Shown here: positions 35,507 to 41,887 of the stretch, in pieces | Layout: every line of letters begins with the position of its first letter | Position numbering within the stretch: the stretch's first letter is position 1 | IMG/VR virus record: IMGVR_UViG_3300049781_000046 | Location: 1-41,887 of that record | Source of the DNA: a virus | Taxonomy: Duplodnaviria; Caudoviricetes | Length of the DNA stretch: 41,887 bases | Direction: 5' to 3' (one strand) | Notes under the pieces: generated by a model | Told to the model about the DNA's origin: nothing | Databases searched by the model: none | What the model saw: only the letters and a program-made list of their open reading frames with translations | Position numbers and translations under genes: made by a program

Positions 35507-35961
35507 ACGCCGAGCAGTGGAACTCGCTGCACCCCGTCGGCACGCTCGTCTTCGCCTACCCGGGAGCCCGTCCGGAAGACGACGCGAACGACGAGCGCCT
35601 GGTGACCCGCACCCGTAGCAAGGCCGAGGTGCTCGGTGGCCACACCGACGTCGTCTGGGTCGACGGGCACAGCGCCTGCATCGCCCTCACCCACGTCGAC
35701 CCGATGTCGGAGAGCGTGTGGCAGGCGGCGAAGGAAGCCGAGGCGGTCGCGGAGGCCGCGAAGCCGAAGGACACGCTCGCCCCCTGGCTGGCCAACCGCT
35801 TCGACCCGAACGGCGCCACGTGGGACGGCATGTCCGACGACGACCGCACCTACTGGCAGCACCAAGCCCGCGCCGTCCGCCGGGCCGTCGCGCGCGGCGG
35901 CTTCAAGGAGCAGGCCGCCGTTCTCGCCCCCACCCACACCACGCCCGAGGAGGGCCGATGA
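35503..35961 (+). CDS. Hypothetical early protein
   Basis: ATGA coupling; WNSLHPVGTLV...VVWVDGHSACIAL. Confidence 0.75.
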   Translation: MNAEQWNSLHPVGTLVFAYPGARPEDDANDERLVTRTRSKAEVLGGHTDVVWVDGHSACIALTHVDPMSESVWQAAKEAEAVAEAAKPKDTLAPWLANRFDPNGATWDGMSDDDRTYWQHQARAVRRAVARGGFKEQAAVLAPTHTTPEEGR

Positions 35962-36503
35962 CCGCCACCCAGGCGTGGCCGTTCGGTACCGACGCCATCG
36001 AGACCGACCCGCTCACCGCGCTCCGCATCCCGGTCGTTCGCAGCTTCAACCCAAGCTGGCACTACGTCGCCGCCTACCTCGGCACCAGCGCCGACACCGG
36101 GAACACCTTCGACCCGCCGTGGCCGTTCGCGTCGGCCGAACGCCCCACCGACGCCGAGGCCCGAATGCTCGCCTCGTTCCTGCTGGAGCACCGCAACTAC
36201 TGGTTCGGCAACGAGGGCTACGCCCGAAAGATGGACCAGCGCCCGCTCGACGTCGACTCCGGCTGGAACACCGTCGTGTTCATCAAGTACGCCGCTGACG
36301 ACTGGGGTTACCGCCGCTGCTCGTGGACCTACGGGCTGACCTTCGTACCCGAGCCGCCGAACTTCCCGAACCGCAAGCGCGGCCCGCTGCCGCTGGAGCA
36401 GGTCATGGACCGCATCCACGCCCACGGCGACGAGCCGTCACCCCGCTGGCGGCAGTGGAAGGCCAACCACCCCGACATCTTCCCCGCCCTGGAGGCGTCG
36501 TGA
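35958..36503 (+). CDS. Hypothetical early protein
   Basis: ATGA coupling; RBS GGAGG. Confidence 0.7.
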   Translation: MTATQAWPFGTDAIETDPLTALRIPVVRSFNPSWHYVAAYLGTSADTGNTFDPPWPFASAERPTDAEARMLASFLLEHRNYWFGNEGYARKMDQRPLDVDSGWNTVVFIKYAADDWGYRRCSWTYGLTFVPEPPNFPNRKRGPLPLEQVMDRIHAHGDEPSPRWRQWKANHPDIFPALEAS

Positions 36504-36751
36504 AGCGCACCGAGATCTACGGCGGGATCACCGTCAACCTCAACGACGGCCCCATCCGGACCGCCTACGGCCGCGACACCAACGGCAAGCAGACCGCGCA
36601 GCTCGTCATCGGCGAGGTCGGCGAGTCGATCGGCATCGCCGTCACCCAGTCCGACCTCCACACCATCGAGCAGCTGGAGGCTGTGGTCGCCGAGCTGAAG
36701 GCGTGGCGGGAACGGCAGAACAAGCTGCACGCCCTGCCGGAGGTGGCCTGA
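36500..36751 (+). CDS. Hypothetical early protein
   Basis: GTGA coupling; RBS GGAGG. Confidence 0.65.
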   Translation: MKRTEIYGGITVNLNDGPIRTAYGRDTNGKQTAQLVIGEVGESIGIAVTQSDLHTIEQLEAVVAELKAWRERQNKLHALPEVA

Positions 36752-36993
36752 TGACTACCGACCTCGACGGCACGCCCATCGACCTCGACCGTGCACTGAT
36801 CGCCCTCGACGGCTCCCGCTGGCTGTGGACGTTCGAACACACCGAGTCGGGTGAACCCCTGATGCTCCGCATCGACACCCGCGCGGCCGCGATCCTGCCG
36901 CTGCCGGTCGTCTACCGCGACCACGGGCCGGTCATCGCCGCCCGCCAGCCCACCACTGCCGCCATGTACCGGCAAGTCCTGGAAGCCGCCTGA
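36751..36993 (+). CDS. Hypothetical early protein
   Basis: TGATG coupling; DLDRALIALDG.RW...VYRDHGP. Confidence 0.7.
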   Translation: MTTDLDGTPIDLDRALIALDGSRWLWTFEHTESGEPLMLRIDTRAAAILPLPVVYRDHGPVIAARQPTTAAMYRQVLEAA

Positions 36994-37109
36994 TGGGCGC
37001 CGCGATCTGGTTCGGAATCGGCTTCATCTGCGTCGTGTGGCTGCTCATCGTCGTCCACGAAATCCGCCACTTCGACCAGGCCCCGGCCGCCCCCAAGGAG
37101 CACCAGTGA
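36993..37109 (+). CDS. 38-aa single-TM peptide
   Basis: TGATG coupling; MGAAIWFGIGFICVVWLLIVV. Confidence 0.55.
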   Translation: MGAAIWFGIGFICVVWLLIVVHEIRHFDQAPAAPKEHQ

Positions 37110-37558
37110 GCCTCGCAAGCCTCCTGCCCGTCAGGCTCGGCCTCTTCGACCGCAGCCACCGCCAGCCGAAGCACCGCGCCAGCGACGAAGTGACACGCCT
37201 CCAGCACAAGCTGGCCGGGGCTGAACTCCTCATGGCCGGCTACCGCATCCAGCTCGACGACCTCCACCGCGACCACGCCGAGACGATCGCCCGGATCGAC
37301 GAACGCCACGGTGAGATCGTCCGCGGGCTGGAGCAGCAGATCGAGGACCTGGAGCGGCGGTTGGACACCCGCGTCCTCGCCGAGAACGTCGTCACGAAGA
37401 CGCAGGAGATCCCCATCCCGCCCGACCTTCAAGCACGCTTCGCCGCGGGCCGGGCTGTGACGCTGGAGCACTCCCCGCAAGCCGTCCCGCCACCGAACCT
37501 GCCGCCCTGGGCGGCCGAAGACCGCACAGCCATCCACTTCCCTCAGGCGAGGCCGTGA
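37106..37558 (+). CDS. Coiled-coil hypothetical protein
   Basis: RBS AAGGAG; KHRASDEV followed by a heptad region. Confidence 0.7.
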   Translation: MSLASLLPVRLGLFDRSHRQPKHRASDEVTRLQHKLAGAELLMAGYRIQLDDLHRDHAETIARIDERHGEIVRGLEQQIEDLERRLDTRVLAENVVTKTQEIPIPPDLQARFAAGRAVTLEHSPQAVPPPNLPPWAAEDRTAIHFPQARP

Positions 37559-37782
37559 TGGCGGTCGTCTCGAAGGTCGTGTACGTCGCGGCCTGCGACA
37601 TTCCCGGCTGCCACGAGGTGTACGGCGAAGACCCCGAATGGGCCTACCACTTCGACACCCGAGAGGCCGCACTCGCATGGGTCGACGACGGCACCGGCTG
37701 GACGAAGGACGGCGACCGGCTCATCTGCCCGGCCGACGACCGCACACACGACCAGGCCCGCATCCCCGGCCTGCTCCTCTAA
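37555..37782 (+). CDS. Small Zn-finger-like protein
   Basis: CDIPGC...GW...ICP...H. Confidence 0.65.
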   Translation: MMAVVSKVVYVAACDIPGCHEVYGEDPEWAYHFDTREAALAWVDDGTGWTKDGDRLICPADDRTHDQARIPGLLL

Positions 37783-37886
37783 CCCGCCAGCCGCCCGGTG
37801 CACCTGCCCGGACGGTCGGCGCACAAGAAGAAACCCCGCCCGATGACAGCGAGCGGGGGTCCACCACCACTCTCTCAGGAGATCCC

Positions 37887-39074
37887 GTGTCCGTCACGAT
37901 CAACGCTCACCAGCTCGGGCTCATGCTCGACAAGACAACCGCCCACATGGGCGGCGACCACGTCGAGCAGCTGCACGGCGTCCGCCTCGACACCGACGCC
38001 CGCTACCTGTACGCGGTCGCCACCGACGCCTACACGCTGGCCGCCGCCCGCTACAGCCTCAACAAGGGCGACTGCGACCAGGAGCCGTGGGCCGCCCTCC
38101 TCCCCGGGGGAGCCGTCGCCACGGTCCGCGAGTGGGCGCGCGCCATGAAGGGCGCCGACTGGATCACCGTCAGCCTCTCCAAGGACCGCCTCGTCTTCGA
38201 AGGCCCCAACACCGACCTGAACATCACCGTCAACACCGCTCAGAACTACCCGGACTGGCGCGGCCTGTTCCGCCGCATCGCCGCCCAGACCGTCGACGGC
38301 GAACCGTTCCCCGCCCTCAACTCCGACTACCTGCAGCGTTGGGCATCGGCAGAGCAGAGCCTCCGCACCCGAGTGACCGCGGACCGCAAGGCCGTCCTCT
38401 TCTTCGGCGAAGACTTCATCGGCGCCCAGATGCCCACCACCGGCGGCGGCATCGGCCCGTCCAAGAACCAGACCATCGACGACGCGAAGAGTCTGTGGCA
38501 GTGGACGCTGTCCGCGGGCGCCACGGACGTCGACATGGCCAGCCTGCCGAAGCCCACACCGCCCCGCTTCGACGCCAGCCACGACATCAGCGAAACCGCG
38601 TCCATCCTCCTCAAGGGCGTCCTCGAGTCCACGCAGAACGCCCAACTGTCCGACTGGGATGAGGACCAGAACGCCTGGTACGCGCACATCCGCTCCGGTG
38701 TCTCCGACTGGATGGCCTACCGGTTCCTCGACGCCCTCCACCAGGTCGACCCTCGCACCGCTCAGGCCGTGATCGACGACACCGCCGAGCAGCTCGACTC
38801 GGGGGAGCTCGGCGAGTGGGCCTGGGACATGGCCGAGCAGTCCGGCTTCAGCCCGAAGCAGTGGCAGGACGACCACGAGAAGCGGGTCGCGAAGCAGATG
38901 GCGGAGGAGCCCCGCAAGTGGGCGGTCCGCCTGGCGCGCGGGCTGAACGACGCCAGGAAGGCCGGGATCAACTTCCGCGTCGACGACAACCCGTTCGTCA
39001 CCTACGACGCCGAAGCCGAGGAGTGGAAGGCCGTCAAGCCGCAGCCCGCCGAGCCGGCCGACGCCACCGCCTGA
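37887..39074 (+). CDS. DNA polymerase III beta-clamp-like protein with C-terminal extension
   Basis: LHGVRL, AVATDAYTLA, YPDWRGLF, ALNSDYL, FIGAQMP resemble DnaN motifs. Confidence 0.65.
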   Translation: MSVTINAHQLGLMLDKTTAHMGGDHVEQLHGVRLDTDARYLYAVATDAYTLAAARYSLNKGDCDQEPWAALLPGGAVATVREWARAMKGADWITVSLSKDRLVFEGPNTDLNITVNTAQNYPDWRGLFRRIAAQTVDGEPFPALNSDYLQRWASAEQSLRTRVTADRKAVLFFGEDFIGAQMPTTGGGIGPSKNQTIDDAKSLWQWTLSAGATDVDMASLPKPTPPRFDASHDISETASILLKGVLESTQNAQLSDWDEDQNAWYAHIRSGVSDWMAYRFLDALHQVDPRTAQAVIDDTAEQLDSGELGEWAWDMAEQSGFSPKQWQDDHEKRVAKQMAEEPRKWAVRLARGLNDARKAGINFRVDDNPFVTYDAEAEEWKAVKPQPAEPADATA

Positions 39075-39090
39075 CCAACAACCCCATACC

Positions 39091-39170
39091 GGCCGTGTCG
39101 AGTCCCCCCAACTCCGCGGCCACCCAGGCGGCCAGCCCCGCACCACCCCCCCTGGTCGGGGCTGGCCGTC
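39091..39170 (+). ncRNA. 6C-like RNA (two hairpins with C6 and C7 loops)
   Basis: Hairpin 39091-39121 with loop CCCCCCA; hairpin 39127-39170 with loop CCCCCCC; intergenic. Confidence 0.65.
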
Positions 39171-39199
39171 ACCCATCAGCACACCTTCAGGAGAGTCAC

Positions 39200-39382
39200 A
39201 TGAGCACCGAAAGCACCACAAAGCAGGTGGCGCCACTCGCGTGCACCCGCTGCGGCGACGAAGTCGGGCCGTTCACCAAGGACGGCCTGTGCGAGGAGTG
39301 CGAGCCCGAGACCGCCAGCGCCATGCGCGGCGCGCTGGAGGACAACGCCAGCGACATCGTGGTCTCCGGAGTGAACCGGTGA
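39200..39382 (+). CDS. Small Zn-finger protein
   Basis: CTRC...CEEC; RBS AGGAG. Confidence 0.65.
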   Translation: MSTESTTKQVAPLACTRCGDEVGPFTKDGLCEECEPETASAMRGALEDNASDIVVSGVNR

Positions 39383-40224
39383 CCGCCGCGGTGGAGGTGG
39401 AGGCGCCGGCCGAGGTCGAGGCGGGCGTGTACGACAGCGTCCCGTCCGAGGTCTACCACGCCGACCCCGTACCCGGCGGCAGCCTCTCCTCGACCGGCGC
39501 CCGCAAGCTCGCCACCGAATGCCCGGCCGCCTTCAAGCACTGGCTCGACAACCCCGAGCCGACCAAGAAGGAGTTCGACTTCGGCACCGCCGCCCACAAG
39601 GTCGTCCTCGGCGACGGGCCCGAACTCGTCCTCGTCGACCGCGACCGCTGGGACACCAACGAGGTCAAAGAGCGGATCAAGAAGATTCGCGCCGCCGGGA
39701 ACATCCCGCTCAAGCGGCGCGACCTCGACAGGGTCCACGCCATGGCGGACGCCCTCCGCCTCCACCCCGAAGCCGCCGAACTCCTCGAACCCGGCAGCGG
39801 AGTCGCCGAACGCACGATCATCTGGAACGACCGCGGAGTCTGGCGCCGCGTCCGCATCGACTGGGCCCGCCACGACGGCACCCTCGTTGACTACAAGAGC
39901 TGCAAGTCAGCCAACCCGTCGAAGCTGACCAGCCACCTCTTCGAGTACGGCTACCACCAGCAGCAGGAGTACTACCGCGACGGCGCCCTGGAGTTCGGGC
40001 TCACCGAGCTGGTCTGCCCGTTCAAGTTCATCTTCCAGGAGAAGGAACCGCCCTACCTGGTCTCGGTGATCGAGCTCGACTCGGCTGCCTGCGCCATCGG
40101 CAAGCACCTCAACGAGGTCGCCCTCAACACCTACGCCCTCTGCCGCCAGAACGACGCATGGCCCGGCTACCTCCAGACCCCGCTCATCTCGCCGCCGGCC
40201 TGGCTCGCCAACCAGTACCGCTAG
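39379..40224 (+). CDS. RecE/ExoVIII-like PD-(D/E)xK exonuclease
   Basis: YHAD...SLSSTG, FGTAAH, RVRIDW, LVDYKS, YGYHQQQEYY, QEKEPPY. Confidence 0.9.
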   Translation: MTAAVEVEAPAEVEAGVYDSVPSEVYHADPVPGGSLSSTGARKLATECPAAFKHWLDNPEPTKKEFDFGTAAHKVVLGDGPELVLVDRDRWDTNEVKERIKKIRAAGNIPLKRRDLDRVHAMADALRLHPEAAELLEPGSGVAERTIIWNDRGVWRRVRIDWARHDGTLVDYKSCKSANPSKLTSHLFEYGYHQQQEYYRDGALEFGLTELVCPFKFIFQEKEPPYLVSVIELDSAACAIGKHLNEVALNTYALCRQNDAWPGYLQTPLISPPAWLANQYR

Positions 40225-40234
40225 GAGAACCTGC

Positions 40235-41023
40235 ATGTCCCAGCTCGGAAAGCCCGTCCAGACCGGCCGCCCCGCGGCCGAACAGAACGGCAACGCAGCA
40301 CAGTTCGCGTTCCGGCCCGCCAGCAAGGCCGGCCGCAAAGCCCGCCTGTCCATCCAGGGCATGTCGGGCTCCGGCAAGACCTGGACCGGACTCGGCATCG
40401 CCCACGGCCTGTCCGAAGGCCGCCGCTTCGCCGTCATCGACACCGAGAAAGGAGCAGCCAGCCTCTACGCCGGCATCAGCGGCATCCAGTTCGACACCCT
40501 CGCCATGGACCGCTACGACCCCCGCGACCTGGCCCGCGCCCTCGACGCCGCCGCACAGGCGGGATACCCGACCGTGTTCGTCGACAGCCTCTCCCACTTC
40601 TGGAAGGGGACCGACGGCACCCTCGACCAAGTCGAAAGGGCCAGCAGCCGGTACGGCGGCAACAAGTTCGCCGGCTGGAAAGACGGCACCCCCATCCAGA
40701 ACGACATGGTCGCCGCGATCCTCGCCTACCCCGGCCACGTCGTCGCGTCGATGCGCTCCTACACCGAGTGGGTCCTGGACGGGGGCAAGCCGAAGCAGGT
40801 CGGGACCCGGCCCGAGCAGCGCAAGGGCATCGAGTACGAGTTCGACGTCGCCGTGGCAATGGACATCGACAACACCCTCGAAGTCCTCAAGTCCCGCTGC
40901 CCCTCTCTGAACCGGCAGGTCATCAAGCGGCCGAACGGCGCCCGCGACATCGCCGGCCCGCTCCTCGCCTGGCTGGCTTCGAACCCCCAGTCCGAGACGG
41001 ACCCCGACACCACCGAGCAGTAG
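40235..41023 (+). CDS. Sak4-like AAA ATPase (recombination)
   Basis: GMSGSGKT, IDTEKG, VDSLSHFW, EYEFD; follows the exonuclease. Confidence 0.85.
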   Translation: MSQLGKPVQTGRPAAEQNGNAAQFAFRPASKAGRKARLSIQGMSGSGKTWTGLGIAHGLSEGRRFAVIDTEKGAASLYAGISGIQFDTLAMDRYDPRDLARALDAAAQAGYPTVFVDSLSHFWKGTDGTLDQVERASSRYGGNKFAGWKDGTPIQNDMVAAILAYPGHVVASMRSYTEWVLDGGKPKQVGTRPEQRKGIEYEFDVAVAMDIDNTLEVLKSRCPSLNRQVIKRPNGARDIAGPLLAWLASNPQSETDPDTTEQ

Positions 41024-41100
41024 CCCGCACACGCGAAGGCCGGCCGCGGGCAGCGCGGCCGGCCGCCACCCAGAACACCACACCCCGAAGGGAGCACGCC

Positions 41101-41436
41101 ATGCCGCGCCTCACGCTCGCCGAACAGGTCGCCGCCGACGCCCGCGACAAAACCCTCACCCAACTCGTCCGCCAGGCCTCCGACTGGGACCGCAACGTCG
41201 TCGCCCAGGCCGTCCTCATCTGGATGCGCGACCACGACACCGTGTCCGCGAACGACTTGCGCGACCAGCTGCCCGACGTGGCCGGCGGCGTCCTGCCCGG
41301 CGTGCTGCGCGGCATGTCGCACAACTTCCTCATCGGCACTGGGGACTTCGTGCCGTCCACGGCGCCCGCCACCAAGGGACACCGCATCGCCGTCTACCGG
41401 AAGCGCACCGCCGCAGACCGGGCGGAGGCGGCGTGA
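41101..41436 (+). CDS. Hypothetical winged-helix-like protein
   Basis: RBS GGGAG; VSANDLRDQLP...STAPATKGHRIAVY. Confidence 0.7.
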   Translation: MPRLTLAEQVAADARDKTLTQLVRQASDWDRNVVAQAVLIWMRDHDTVSANDLRDQLPDVAGGVLPGVLRGMSHNFLIGTGDFVPSTAPATKGHRIAVYRKRTAADRAEAA

Positions 41437-41675
41437 TGGCCACCTTCTTCGCCGCCATCGCGATCGGCATCGCCGCCGCGGCCGTCGTCGCCGCACAAAT
41501 CCGCCGGGCCCTCCGCGGCGGCGACTACCGCACCCGCAACGACCGCCGGCAGGCCGCATGGCTGGTCCTCTGCGAACCCCGCCCCGAACCCGCCGCACCC
41601 GGCACCAACGACGAACTCCTCGCCGCCTGCAACCAGCTCTGCCCCGACCTCGCACGGAAGGAGGGCCAGCCGTGA
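41433..41675 (+). CDS. Small membrane-anchored hypothetical protein
   Basis: N-terminal hydrophobic helix; coupled at both ends. Confidence 0.6.
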   Translation: MMATFFAAIAIGIAAAAVVAAQIRRALRGGDYRTRNDRRQAAWLVLCEPRPEPAAPGTNDELLAACNQLCPDLARKEGQP

Positions 41676-41887
41676 GCCGCCACGACTGGATGGATCAGGC
41701 GCTCTGCGCCCAAACCGACCCCGACCTGTTCCACGCCGAAGGCAGCGGCAGCAGCTACAACAACGCCAAAAAGGTCTGCGCCCGCTGCCCTGTCGCCCGC
41801 CAGTGCGCCGACTTCGCCCAGGCCGTCGAAGGAGACGCCTCCCCCAGCTGGCGCTTCGGCCTATGGGGTGGCAAAGCCCCCCGCGCC
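41672..41887 (+). CDS. WhiB-family Fe-S regulator (3' partial)
   Basis: W...ALCAQTDPDLF...AKKVCARCPVARQC...FGLWGG. Confidence 0.93.
   Translation, partial: MSRHDWMDQALCAQTDPDLFHAEGSGSSYNNAKKVCARCPVARQCADFAQAVEGDASPSWRFGLWGGKAPRA

Larger units (their letters stand above)
1..41887. mobile_element. Temperate siphovirus-type actinophage (probably Streptomyces), in circular/attP-intact configuration; window truncates it at both ends
   Basis: Contiguous packaging, head, tail, lysis, attP-int, immunity and early modules; no host genes apart from the attP fragment. Confidence 0.95.

Overview
High-GC DNA that is almost entirely one temperate, long-tailed (siphovirus-type) actinobacterial phage, most likely of Streptomyces. 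Gene order: partial FtsK/TraB-like translocase plus a repeat cluster; late-control region; HNH, ATPase and terminases; HK97-type head; tail with a -1 frameshifted chaperone; lysis cassette; accessory island (serine resolvase with res site, Ku, DUF6233-like, GntR, XRE); an intact attP carrying the last 31 codons of a host acyl-CoA dehydrogenase; tyrosine integrase; cI/cro/xis; early genes (beta-clamp-like, RecE-like, Sak4-like, WhiB). Phage genes flank both attP and the presumed cos region, so the molecule looks like the excised circle (or a tandem lysogen) and not a single integrated prophage or a linear virion. The main leads are: (1) a complete phage that also carries a Streptomyces-plasmid-type transfer set (TraB, a clt-like 8-bp repeat locus, resolvase/res); (2) a 6C-like RNA and related C-loop/CCA-ending hairpins, with G-run leaders on several late genes; (3) tandem BldD-type boxes in front of the terminase operon. 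All product calls come from motif reading and synteny only; no database searches were run.
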